NCBI GenBank assembly: GCA_049970775.1
Contig: JBMFMH010000003.1
Coordinates: 1 to 52,650, forward strand
Direction of reading: 5' to 3'
From: a bacterium
GTDB lineage: Bacteria > Armatimonadota > JACIXR01
DNA: 52,650 nt
In this document: one piece after another, positions 29,809-38,862 of the stretch
How positions within the stretch are numbered: position 1 is the stretch's first letter
How the letters are laid out: the number at the start of each line of letters is the position of its first letter
Translations under genes and position numbers: made by a program
The notes under the pieces: generated by a model
Database searches by the model: none
Told to the model about the DNA's origin: nothing
The model's input: the letters and a program-made list of their open reading frames with translations, nothing else

Positions 29809-30518
29809 CTCCCTATTTCCTCAAAGATTTCCATTAACGCTTGGCGGGGCGATTGTGCCCTAAGAATAGGACGCCCGATAACGAGATAATCAGCTCCTTT
29901 TTCCAACGCCCATTTAGGCGAGGCGAAACGCCTATGCTCCGTTGTGTCTTTCTCCAATCTTATGCCGGGACAAACTATGAGAAAATCTTCCCCACAGCTC
30001 TTCCTTACCGTTTCAATTTCCCATGGCGAGGTAATTACACCATCACACCCACATTCCTTTGCCAAAATAGCAAGCCTCTCAACTGTCCTTTCCACATCAA
30101 CCTCCATACCAATCATTTCGCTCAATCTCTTATTATCTAAGCTCGTTAAGATAGTCACAGCCAAAACCAAAGGTGGGGCAACCCCAAGCCTTTCCCCCTC
30201 TTCCTTCACAGCTCTAACCGTTTCCTCCATCATTTCCCTACCGCCGAGAGAATGGATATTGAACATCCAAACCCCGAGGGAAACACAAGCTTTTGCCGTC
30301 CGTGCTACGGTATTTGGTATATCGTGGAACTTGCCATCGTAGAAAACCTTTCCTCCCCTCTCCTTAATCCTCCTTATTATGTCTAATCCAGCGAAGTGCG
30401 TTAATTCTAAGCCAACTTTAAAGCCAGCAACTAAATCGCCTACCTCCTCAACTAAATGAAGCGCCCTATTCCTATCGGGAATGTCAAGAGCAAGAATGAT
30501 GGGATTTTCTCGTTTCAG
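29805..30518 (-). CDS. pyrF: Orotidine 5'-phosphate decarboxylase, probable CTG start
   Basis: The frame upstream of ATG 30266 is open and encodes IILALD, FKVG and the catalytic DGKFHDIPNT. The best start is CTG 30518, overlapping the mat stop (CTGA), giving 237 aa. Confidence 0.92.
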   Translation of the reverse strand: MKRENPIILALDIPDRNRALHLVEEVGDLVAGFKVGLELTHFAGLDIIRRIKERGGKVFYDGKFHDIPNTVARTAKACVSLGVWMFNIHSLGGREMMEETVRAVKEEGERLGVAPPLVLAVTILTSLDNKRLSEMIGMEVDVERTVERLAILAKECGCDGVITSPWEIETVRKSCGEDFLIVCPGIRLEKDTTEHRRFASPKWALEKGADYLVIGRPILRAQSPRQALMEIFEEIGR

Positions 30519-31738
30519 AATACCCTTACCTCTCCTCTCAAGAAGCGTTCGGTCAATTTTTGAAGGTTTTCCAGAGAGAGATGAAGATTTGCGATTTCCT
30601 CTATTTCCTTCTCAGCGGTATTTGAGCTGAAATCCTCCGCGGGAATGAGTTGAACGCTTATACTTTGAGGATTTGTAATGGGAATTCCTATTTGGCTTAA
30701 TATCTTCACTGTTACCTCCTTTACTCCCTTAACCTTTTTCACTATATCGTTAGCCATCTCCGAGGCTATGATATTATAAAGTTTCCCCACATGGTTCAGG
30801 GGATTTTTACCAGCTGCTGCTTCCATAGACATCGGTCTTCCTGGCGTTATTAAACCGTTTACCCTGTTCCCTCTTCCCGCTGAACCATCATCGCCCTGCT
30901 CAGCTGACAATCCGGTGACGGTGATATAAACCGCGTTGCCGTTTTTATCCTCCTGAGGGTTATCAGCGGTGTTGATATGAATCTCCAATTTCCTTCTGGT
31001 AAATCTTTGTAAATACTCCTTCAGTTCCCTGATTATTTCTTCCTTTAGTTTTAAATAATGGTCTAAATCTTTAACGAATTTTGAGACAAAGGCACAAGCA
31101 ATTGTCAGTGTTATCTTGTCGTCTTCCCTCAACCCCATCACTTTTATGTCCTCTCCCGTCTCAGGATGTTTCTCTTTAAAATCTTTACTGTTCATAAACA
31201 GTTCAGCTTCCAACACAACTCGCTCGGTTTCCGATAAAGGAGCGTGCCCCACCCCAAAAGAAGTATCGTTCGCATTGGGGATATCCTCTTTAAGTGTTTG
31301 CTGTAAATTTGAGGCTCCTTGCCCGATTCGGGAGTCTATAACTACATCTGAATGGAGATTCAGGTTTTTACAAACTGAGCATAGGTAATCCTTAGTGGCT
31401 CGGATAGCGATGGGATGGACGGGAAAATACTCAACAGTGTTTCCCTTCTCTATAATTGATGTCGCCCTACCGGAAAGGAGTATATAAATTGGTCTGAGAA
31501 TTTCACCTCCGCCATAGCGTGGAGAAGACTGCCCACCTACGATTTGCACCTTATCAGTATTGTGATGCATAATTTTGCCATAACGACGCTTGTATTCCTT
31601 TGACAAAGCCCTTGACACAGCCTCAGCTATACCATCAGCAAGGCTGTCAGGATGCCCTACCCCTTTTCGTTCCACTATCTCCCGTGCCTGCTCCTCAACG
31701 CTAGGTTGTTCCAAAATCTCTAAGTTGAACTGATTCAT
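30515..31738 (-). CDS. mat: S-adenosylmethionine synthetase, archaeal-type
   Basis: [43 protein letters not shown] and GKNP.NHVGK.YN motifs. Confidence 0.92.
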   Translation of the reverse strand: MNQFNLEILEQPSVEEQAREIVERKGVGHPDSLADGIAEAVSRALSKEYKRRYGKIMHHNTDKVQIVGGQSSPRYGGGEILRPIYILLSGRATSIIEKGNTVEYFPVHPIAIRATKDYLCSVCKNLNLHSDVVIDSRIGQGASNLQQTLKEDIPNANDTSFGVGHAPLSETERVVLEAELFMNSKDFKEKHPETGEDIKVMGLREDDKITLTIACAFVSKFVKDLDHYLKLKEEIIRELKEYLQRFTRRKLEIHINTADNPQEDKNGNAVYITVTGLSAEQGDDGSAGRGNRVNGLITPGRPMSMEAAAGKNPLNHVGKLYNIIASEMANDIVKKVKGVKEVTVKILSQIGIPITNPQSISVQLIPAEDFSSNTAEKEIEEIANLHLSLENLQKLTERFLRGEVRVF

Positions 31739-31865
31739 CTTTTAAAACACCTCCTTATTTAAGGTTTTTAAGAAAAAATTAAAAATCCTTTCCCCACATT
31801 CCTTCCTCCCCCCTTACAAATATTGTATTTAATAAGGAAAGCAAGGCTTTGTCAACTTGAACTTT

Positions 31866-32906
31866 TCAGTGCCCAGCAATTTTCTTAAATATTTCTTCCG
31901 CTATTAGCATATCCTCCAAGCTATCCTCACCCGAGGAAAGGGGAGTCTTTCTATCCCGCACACAGGATACGAAATGCTCCGCTTGCTTTTTAAAAGCCCA
32001 TCCCCAAGGAGCTATTGGCTCCCATATTTGTGGCTCGCTACCCGTCTTATAGACAAGAACTCTTGCCGGCACATTCTTTAAAAGAGGAGGCGGTGTTTCC
32101 ACTCTTATCCATCCTTTTTGGAAATAAATCGTTAAGTCTTCATCCCAGCGATGAGCGGGAAGCCTACCATACTCAAGGGAGCAAATTATATTATCTTTAC
32201 TCAACACAGCGAGCAATTGATTTCCCTTAAGAAATGCGTCTTCTACATTCCATTTCCCTCTCAGAAGGAAGCGAAGTAGGTTGATGTTATGGGAGGCAAC
32301 ATTTATGAATTCGTCATACATATTGAGTAGTTTTGAAGGTAAAAAATCAGCTCTTCTTTCCGGGAGAGATGGATAGGGCTCATCTGTTAGGATGGGTGTC
32401 CCTATATTGCATACCCATTCTCCCCCGAATATATGCACCCTAACGAAAGTTGGTTCACCCAACTCACCTGTGGAGAGGAAATCCTGAATAATCTTATGGG
32501 CAAGCTGGACACCGGGGTCGTATCTCTTCATATAACCCACCATCAAAAAGCGTCCGCTTTTCCTGCTTGCCTCTACCATCTTGGAAGCTAATTGATAGGT
32601 GAAAGCCATTGGCTTCTCCACCATCACATCCTTTCCCTTCTCTAAGAGATAGGTTGCTATCTCTGAATTAAGCAAATAAGGGAGGAGGGCAACAACGGCT
32701 TCCACTTCCTCATCCTCTGCAAGCTCCCTATGCGAGGGATAACGCTTGGGGATTTTATATTTTTCTCCCACCCTTTCCCTTAAATTGGGACGAAGCTCCG
32801 AGATAGCAACAACCTCACAACCCTCTGTTTCCAAAAAGGAAGGCAGATGCGCCATCTGGCTCATAAAGCCAGCCCCTACAAAGCCGATTTTCACTTTCCT
32901 CTCCAT
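31866..32906 (-). CDS. Gfo/Idh/MocA family oxidoreductase
   Basis: GAGFMS..AH, VEKPMA and VGYMKRYDPG motifs. Start at ATG 32906 (SD GGAGGT). Confidence 0.88.
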   Translation of the reverse strand: MERKVKIGFVGAGFMSQMAHLPSFLETEGCEVVAISELRPNLRERVGEKYKIPKRYPSHRELAEDEEVEAVVALLPYLLNSEIATYLLEKGKDVMVEKPMAFTYQLASKMVEASRKSGRFLMVGYMKRYDPGVQLAHKIIQDFLSTGELGEPTFVRVHIFGGEWVCNIGTPILTDEPYPSLPERRADFLPSKLLNMYDEFINVASHNINLLRFLLRGKWNVEDAFLKGNQLLAVLSKDNIICSLEYGRLPAHRWDEDLTIYFQKGWIRVETPPPLLKNVPARVLVYKTGSEPQIWEPIAPWGWAFKKQAEHFVSCVRDRKTPLSSGEDSLEDMLIAEEIFKKIAGH

Positions 32907-32920
32907 TTGAATACCTCCTT

Positions 32921-34252
32921 TCAATCCTTTAAGTTTCCTTCATTATCAACATAAATGTTCTCTTTTTGAGAAGCAATCGTCTCTCCATTAGAATCCCTCG
33001 CCAAAACCTCTATTGTATGTTCTCCATCCTCTAATTCCTTTGTATCAATGCTGAAAAGAAACGGTGGAAAATTCTTTATCCCTCGCAGATTTCCATCAAT
33101 TCTTAACTCCACGATTTGCGCCCCCTCCCCTTTTATCCTCACTTCTATTTCCAGCTTACCCCTCACCACTTTCTCTTTTTGAAGTATTAACCTCTTTAGA
33201 GCTTCTCTGATTTTGAGATGCAAATCCCCTTGAGGAAAAGATATTTTCAATAAACGAATGTTTCCCTTGTATTTACCCTTAAATGTTCTCTCTAAATAGA
33301 AGGAAATCTCGTCTATTTTACCTTTTAAAACTGGTAAAGTTTCCCATTTCTTTCCATCCCAGCTTGCTTCCACTTTGAAACCCTGTCCGGCGAAATCCCA
33401 AAGCCCTATTGTTCCATCAAACAAGGGAGCACTTTTGGGAGAAGCGGAAACGACTATATAAGGTGGTGAGTTTAAGATATAGCTTGGGGCTTCCTTATAG
33501 AGGGGCACTATTTGGAATCCACCAGAAAGGTTGTAATTGAAATTATCCCCCTCTTCTGGCACGGTTGACACGGTGATAGCACCGGGATGCACGGTGTTTA
33601 TCCTTCCCACTCCCGTGAACTCCGTTCCATCAAAGCGACCGATACCCGATAGAGGCTTCTCCACCCTCGCCACAACCTCCCTTCTTCCCCCGTCCAAAAG
33701 GTAAACCTTGCCTCCCCTTTCGTTCTCTATCACAATCTCTCTTGGCAAATTCCTTTCCTCCACAACTATGATTATTTCCTCACCGCCTTGAAGGCGATAA
33801 TCGTTTGGAAGTTCAAGCAGTCCAACACCGTTAGAGAGGAAAACCTTGCTATCAATCGTTGGCGATAGGTCTTTAAAAATGGATGTCCCCGCTTTTATGT
33901 CCGTTAATATCCCTGATTCTTTAGGTATATGCCCACCAAATCCTTTGGGTATTTCCCTCATCTCTTCGGCAAGAATGGAAAACAAGGAATTCGGCTCACC
34001 TGCTTTGATGTGAATTGCGTAGGAAGATGTGGCAACAACTGTTCCTTGCTTTCCGAATTTGCTTGCTGGGAAACCTTCCACTACTCCCTTGCCTTCTCTT
34101 ATAACCTTTCCCAAAACCACCCAGCTTTTCCCCTCGTTAATGCTTATTTTGACTTCACCATTCACCTTATTTTGAATTGAGAGGCGAAACAGCTCCCCAG
34201 CAAATAGGTTGAGCGATATGAGGAAAATTAAAAGAAATCTAAACGCCCTCAT
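32921..34252 (-). CDS. Secreted hypothetical protein with internal duplication and a C-terminal Ig-like (Big) domain
   Basis: Signal peptide, two related ~60-aa units, and C-terminal IDG...PPF...IDT..L.DGEHTIEV.A.D. Confidence 0.65.
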   Translation of the reverse strand: MRAFRFLLIFLISLNLFAGELFRLSIQNKVNGEVKISINEGKSWVVLGKVIREGKGVVEGFPASKFGKQGTVVATSSYAIHIKAGEPNSLFSILAEEMREIPKGFGGHIPKESGILTDIKAGTSIFKDLSPTIDSKVFLSNGVGLLELPNDYRLQGGEEIIIVVEERNLPREIVIENERGGKVYLLDGGRREVVARVEKPLSGIGRFDGTEFTGVGRINTVHPGAITVSTVPEEGDNFNYNLSGGFQIVPLYKEAPSYILNSPPYIVVSASPKSAPLFDGTIGLWDFAGQGFKVEASWDGKKWETLPVLKGKIDEISFYLERTFKGKYKGNIRLLKISFPQGDLHLKIREALKRLILQKEKVVRGKLEIEVRIKGEGAQIVELRIDGNLRGIKNFPPFLFSIDTKELEDGEHTIEVLARDSNGETIASQKENIYVDNEGNLKD

Positions 34253-35108
34253 TTATCGCCTCAAAAAACTCTTTTGCGATTTGGAAATCGTTGCCCGTCA
34301 TCAACATTATCCCCATTCCCCTTTTCAACAATGCGAGAGCGATTTCCTTTGCGATTCTTATACCTTCCGCTCTTTCATCGCTTGCTTTCTCCATCCTCTC
34401 CATAACTTCCTCGGGAACGAAAACCCCGGGGACCTCATTGTTGAGGAAATTCGCCATTCTAAGGCTTTTCAAAATCCATATGCCACCTATGAGAAAAACC
34501 CCTTTGGGCAACTTGCTGGTGAATTCATCCCATCTTTGCAGGGAAAATATGGGCTGAGAGACGAGAAAATCAACCCCAAGGGAAATCTTCCTGAGCGTTT
34601 TTTGTATTTCGTTCTCGTCCCTAGTGCAGGGATTAAACCCAGCGCCAATGAAAAAATCCAACTTTTCACCCAATTCCCTTCCCGATAAATCCGTCCCCTC
34701 ACGCATTCTATTCGCTATGCTTATTAACCCCTCGGAAGTAACATCAAACACTGCCTTTGCTGATGGATAATCTCCAGGAGAGGGTGGGTCTCCCGTGAGG
34801 AGGAGCAAATTCCTCATTCCAAGTGCATAGGCTCCCAAAAGCTCGGATTGAAGCGCGATTATATTTTTGTCTCTGCAGGTTATGTGGAGAACGACCTCCT
34901 TTTGCGTTTGTTCCCTAACGATATGCCCAAATGCTAAAGGGTCCATCCTAGCCCTTCCTCGGGGATTTTCCGGTATGGAAAAGGCATCGGTATAAGGGAT
35001 TAAGGGAGCTATTTCATCAATTATTCTGCTTGTATTCACACCTTTGGGAGGCGATACCTCTAAAATAATTGCTCCTTTGCCCGAAGCTAATTTGTTTTTC
35101 AAGTTCAT
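34239..35108 (-). CDS. Methylenetetrahydrofolate reductase-like protein (resembles the YitJ C-terminal domain)
   Basis: EVSPPKG, HITCRDKN, LLLTGDP, GAGFNP, SQP and NNEVPG motifs. ATG 35108 overlaps the upstream stop. Confidence 0.85.
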   Translation of the reverse strand: MNLKNKLASGKGAIILEVSPPKGVNTSRIIDEIAPLIPYTDAFSIPENPRGRARMDPLAFGHIVREQTQKEVVLHITCRDKNIIALQSELLGAYALGMRNLLLLTGDPPSPGDYPSAKAVFDVTSEGLISIANRMREGTDLSGRELGEKLDFFIGAGFNPCTRDENEIQKTLRKISLGVDFLVSQPIFSLQRWDEFTSKLPKGVFLIGGIWILKSLRMANFLNNEVPGVFVPEEVMERMEKASDERAEGIRIAKEIALALLKRGMGIMLMTGNDFQIAKEFFEAINEGV

Positions 35109-36835
35109 TTCTTTCCCCTGAATGCGGAAATATACCTTAGGCAAAACTGGTCATAACCGAGAAGCGCACAGCTCGCAAGGAAAGCGTTTCTCACATCCTC
35201 ACTCAATGGGTCCATTATCACCGCTGATATTCCCGCTGAGATAGCCATTGCGAGGAAAGAAGCATTCAATAAAGAACGCCGGGGCAATCCATAAGATACA
35301 TTGCTCAAACCTATTACCACTGGTAATCCTAACTTTTCCCTTATCAATTTGATAGCTTTGAGGAGTTCAGGTATATGCTCCTGCGAGGTGGCGCAGGATA
35401 GAACCGCAGGGTCAATGAGAAGCGAGCTCTCCAATCCATATTTTTCCGCCTCCTCTTTTAGCTCCCGAGCCAAAGCTAGCCTATCCTCCGCTTTTAATGG
35501 CACTATGCTTTCCCTCGTCGTTAGACCAATTGCAAGTGCCCCGTATTTCTTAGCCAAAGGCAACATCTTTCCTGCCGATTTCTCGTCAGCTGAGAAGGAA
35601 TTGAGAATCGGCTTTCCCTCAGCTGCAGCCAATCCCTCCTCCATCAGCTCAGAATCCAAAGTATCAATCGCCAAAGGAACATCAACAACCTCCGAAACCC
35701 GCAACACTACATCCTTCATTGTCTTCCTCGTTGTTGTCGGCATCTCCACATTCACATCTAATACTCCTGCTCCGTTTTCCACCTGCTTCCTCGCTTCCTC
35801 CCGAAGGATTTGCATTCTTCCAGAGCTTATATCTTCCTGTAGGGCTGGCTTATTGAAGGCATTGATTCTCTCGCCAATTATAATGGGCTCGCCCTCTCCA
35901 AAGTATACAACCTTTCCCCTGCTCGCTACCCTCATTGGGAATACCTTAATTGGTCTTGAAACTTTCCTTCCTTTGACGACCTTGCTTATCGCCCTTATAT
36001 GTTCTGGCGTTGTTCCACAACAACCACCGATGAGCTTGGCGCCCTTTTTCAAAGCTTCCTCGGCGAACTTCTCAAAATATTGGGGAGTAGAAGGGAAGAG
36101 GGTTCTGCCCTCATAATAGGTAGGAAAGCCAGCGTTGGGCAAAGCGGAAATGGGGAGATTGGTTGATTCAACCAATACATCCAACACCTCCAAAACCCCT
36201 TCCGGACCGCTACCGCAGTTCGTTCCCACGACATCCACTCCTAACCCTTCCATAACTACCCCAAAGGAAGAAGGGGAAACACCCATTGATGTTCTACCCT
36301 CCTGGGGGAATGACATCTGAGCGATGATGGGGATAGAAGGATTTAATTCCCTAATAGACAATATGGCGGTTTTGAGCTCCAAGAGATTGTGGAAGGTTTC
36401 AAGGATTATTAAGTCAACACCACCCTCTATGAGATATCCAGCTTGCTCCTTAAATATTTCTCTCGCTTCTTCAATTTTTAATCCACCAAATGGCTCAATC
36501 AGCTTATCAAGCGGACCGATGGAGCCAGCTACGAACGCTTTGCCATTGCTTGCTTTGCGGGCGATTTCCACCCCTTTTAAGTTTATCTCCCTTATCTTGC
36601 TTTTCAGTCCGTATTTTTCTAATTTAAGGCGATTCGCGCCGAAAGTGTTCGTCTCGATCAATTCCGCACCTGCGGCGATGTATTCCCTATGCAGTTTCTC
36701 AACGAGCTCTGGTTGAGATAAATTCACTTCCTCAACGGGACTACCAAGTGGTATCCCTAAAGAGTAAAGAAGGGTTCCCATTGCTCCGTCGCAGACGATG
36801 ACTTCTTCCTTTCTGAGGCGTTCTCGGAAATCCAT
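35105..36835 (-). CDS. Methionine synthase N-terminal module (homocysteine-binding + pterin-binding domains)
   Basis: DGAMGT, TNTFGAN, GTNC and GGCCGTTP (Zn ligands), then IIGERIN, LDVN and GLSNVSYGLP. No cobalamin-binding or activation domain. Confidence 0.88.
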   Translation of the reverse strand: MDFRERLRKEEVIVCDGAMGTLLYSLGIPLGSPVEEVNLSQPELVEKLHREYIAAGAELIETNTFGANRLKLEKYGLKSKIREINLKGVEIARKASNGKAFVAGSIGPLDKLIEPFGGLKIEEAREIFKEQAGYLIEGGVDLIILETFHNLLELKTAILSIRELNPSIPIIAQMSFPQEGRTSMGVSPSSFGVVMEGLGVDVVGTNCGSGPEGVLEVLDVLVESTNLPISALPNAGFPTYYEGRTLFPSTPQYFEKFAEEALKKGAKLIGGCCGTTPEHIRAISKVVKGRKVSRPIKVFPMRVASRGKVVYFGEGEPIIIGERINAFNKPALQEDISSGRMQILREEARKQVENGAGVLDVNVEMPTTTRKTMKDVVLRVSEVVDVPLAIDTLDSELMEEGLAAAEGKPILNSFSADEKSAGKMLPLAKKYGALAIGLTTRESIVPLKAEDRLALARELKEEAEKYGLESSLLIDPAVLSCATSQEHIPELLKAIKLIREKLGLPVVIGLSNVSYGLPRRSLLNASFLAMAISAGISAVIMDPLSEDVRNAFLASCALLGYDQFCLRYISAFRGKK

Positions 36836-36896
36836 TTAAACCTCCTTTTCGTTCTATTTGTTGAAAATATTGAGATACAAATTATATTATAATTAT

Positions 36897-37358
36897 ATGC
36901 TGAGAAGCAAACAAATTATCGTCGTCCATCACTGTCTACTAAACCAGAACGCAAGAGCAAAAGGATTAGCAAAAGGAAGGGGCGCTATGGAGGTAGTTAT
37001 GGAAGAGATACGCAAGGGAAAGGGAATATATCAAATCCCCTGCCCCGAGCTCCGCTATCTGGGAGTTGATAGGAATCCGATGACGAAGTCGCAGTATGAT
37101 ACCCCATCATTCAGGAAGATATGCAGAAAGATAGCTGAGGAAGTAGCGGAGGATTTAAGCAGATTCCTTTCCTCCGGATACGAAATTGAGGCTATTTACG
37201 GTGTTGAAGGTTCCCCTTCCTGTGGGGTAAACACGACTCACATCACTGTTGAGGGGGAGGAAAGGGAGGTTGAAGGTTCGGGAATTTTGGTGGAGGAAAT
37301 GATGAAAGCTTTGGAGGAAAAAGGGATAAAAATCAAATACATTGGTGTTAAAATTTAA
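36897..37358 (+). CDS. DUF523/TudS-related putative Fe-S desulfidase (CD3072-like)
   Basis: HCLLNQN, PCPE and SPSCG motifs. Start at ATG 36897, directly after a -10 box. Confidence 0.75.
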   Translation: MLRSKQIIVVHHCLLNQNARAKGLAKGRGAMEVVMEEIRKGKGIYQIPCPELRYLGVDRNPMTKSQYDTPSFRKICRKIAEEVAEDLSRFLSSGYEIEAIYGVEGSPSCGVNTTHITVEGEEREVEGSGILVEEMMKALEEKGIKIKYIGVKI

Positions 37359-37361
37359 AAA

Positions 37362-38258
37362 TTGAAAGGAGTTGTGTCCTTGATGAAACAAGCAGAATTA
37401 CCGAATGGGAGGAAAAGATTTAAAGGAGGATTACACATTCACACCACTTTATCCGATGGAAAGAAAACCCCTGAGGAAGTGGCTGAATGGTATAGAAATC
37501 GGGGGTTTGATTTTATCTTTATAACAGACCACAACAAAGTAACGGATTTCTCCTATTTGAGTAGGGAGGATTTCCTTGTATTGAATGGAGGCGAATTCAC
37601 GGCGGGGAAAACGGATTTAAGGGAGCCTCTCCATTTCGTGGGTCTGGATTTGCCTCCCGGTTTCCAACCATCGGCAAAAGATTCCCCTCAAGGACTTATT
37701 GACGAGATGAAGGAAGCCGGCGCGGAGGTGATACTTGCTCATCCTTATTGGTCAGGGCTTTCTTGGCAAGACATTTATCCGTTAGAGGGCATCTTGGGAA
37801 TAGAAATCCTCAATTATGCTTCAGAGGTATCCGTTAGGAAGGGATATTCAATAGTTCATTGGGATGCATTATTGAATAGGGGAAAGGCTCTCTTCGGTTT
37901 TGCTGTTGATGATTCACACTGGGCAATTGAGGATGCAGGTGGCGGATGGATTGAGGTTGAAGCGGATAAACTTGATAAAGAAAGCATTATGAATGCGCTA
38001 AGGAGAGGGGCTTTTTATTCATCCTCTGGACCACGCATTTTGGAGATTAAGGTCAACAACAATGTGATAGAGGTTAAAACGACACCGGTGACATCGGCAT
38101 GTTTTTTGTCATACCTCTCATTGGGTCATTGCGTGAATTCAAAGGGAGAGAATCATACCCACTTTAGATTTGAGATAAAAAATGGAAAGAAATTTATACG
38201 GTTTGAGTGTGAGGACGAAAACCATAATAAAGCGTGGTCAAATCCCATTTATCTTTGA
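37362..38258 (+). CDS. PHP-family metallohydrolase (CehA/McbA-like)
   Basis: LHIHTTLSDG, ITDHN, AHPYW, DDSH, GAFYSSSGP and AWSNPI motifs. Start probably 37380 or 37383. Confidence 0.82.
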   Translation: MKGVVSLMKQAELPNGRKRFKGGLHIHTTLSDGKKTPEEVAEWYRNRGFDFIFITDHNKVTDFSYLSREDFLVLNGGEFTAGKTDLREPLHFVGLDLPPGFQPSAKDSPQGLIDEMKEAGAEVILAHPYWSGLSWQDIYPLEGILGIEILNYASEVSVRKGYSIVHWDALLNRGKALFGFAVDDSHWAIEDAGGGWIEVEADKLDKESIMNALRRGAFYSSSGPRILEIKVNNNVIEVKTTPVTSACFLSYLSLGHCVNSKGENHTHFRFEIKNGKKFIRFECEDENHNKAWSNPIYL

Positions 38259-38269
38259 AGGGCGAATTA

Positions 38270-38297
38270 TTGACTATCAGGGAAATTTTTGTATACT
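38270..38297 (+). promoter_or_regulatory. Promoter of tRNA-Met
   Basis: TTGACT-16-TATACT. Confidence 0.65.
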
Positions 38298-38313
38298 ATA
38301 TATCTGAAAGGCT

Positions 38314-38388
38314 GGCGGTGTAGCTCAGTGGTAGAGCACGCGGCTCATAACCGCGGAGTCAAGGGTTCGATCCCCTTCGCCGCCACCA
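38314..38388 (+). tRNA. tRNA-Met (CAT), probably elongator
   Basis: Cloverleaf with GGCGGTG/CGCCGCC acceptor stem, CGCGG-CTCATAA-CCGCG anticodon arm, TTCGA T-loop and encoded CCA. The G1-C72 pair argues against fMet; G2-C71/C3-G70 favour Met over Ile2. Confidence 0.95.
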
Positions 38389-38412
38389 TTTTAGATTTTT
38401 AAGCCCATTGCT

Positions 38413-38862
38413 GTGGATAAGAACGAACTTCTTAAATTTATCCGAGAGCTTATTTTTGTTTTTGAGAAATCTTCCGCTTCCGAGATAGAGGTGGAAGAGG
38501 AAGGCGTTCGCCTCGCTTTGCGGAAGAAAACCTCCCTTATCCCTCCCTCCTCTCCTCCAATTGCCGTGATGGAAGAGAAAAAGGAAGAAGAGCCCTTTTT
38601 TGGCGATAATGTTTACTATATAAGAGCACCAATGACGGGCGTTTTCTATCGTTCCCCTTCCCCAAATTCGCCTCCCTTCGTAGAAGAGGGAGATATAGTT
38701 GTGAAAGGGCAAAGGTTAGCTCTCCTTGAGGCAATGAAGATTTTCAACGATATAACTGCGGAAGTCTCGGGGAAAATCCTCGCTATTATGGCGCAAAACG
38801 CTTCCCTCGTTCAGGAGGGCGAGGTGCTCTTCGTTATTGAACCCAGGGAGGAAATCGGATGA
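38413..38862 (+). CDS. accB: Biotin carboxyl carrier protein
   Basis: APMTGVFYRSPSP and EAMK biotinylation site. Confidence 0.9.
   Translation: MDKNELLKFIRELIFVFEKSSASEIEVEEEGVRLALRKKTSLIPPSSPPIAVMEEKKEEEPFFGDNVYYIRAPMTGVFYRSPSPNSPPFVEEGDIVVKGQRLALLEAMKIFNDITAEVSGKILAIMAQNASLVQEGEVLFVIEPREEIG

Noticed and set aside
29805-30266. pyrF as a 5'-truncated pseudogene
   Set aside because: The frame is open and conserved up to 30518; only a canonical start codon is missing.
35301-36116. 271-aa + strand ORF (also 34209-34688, 45561-46001 and other antisense ORFs)
   Set aside because: These are shadow ORFs opposite well-supported genes, with no recognisable motifs.
36897-37358. Selenoprotein or stop-codon readthrough
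   Set aside because: All three motif positions are ordinary Cys codons and the gene ends in TAA.
38314-38388. tRNA as an integration site for an island, or as initiator/Ile2 tRNA
   Set aside because: No integrase and no duplicated tRNA 3' end seen. The paired 1-72 bases and absence of three G-C anticodon-stem pairs argue against fMet, and the acceptor stem favours elongator Met.
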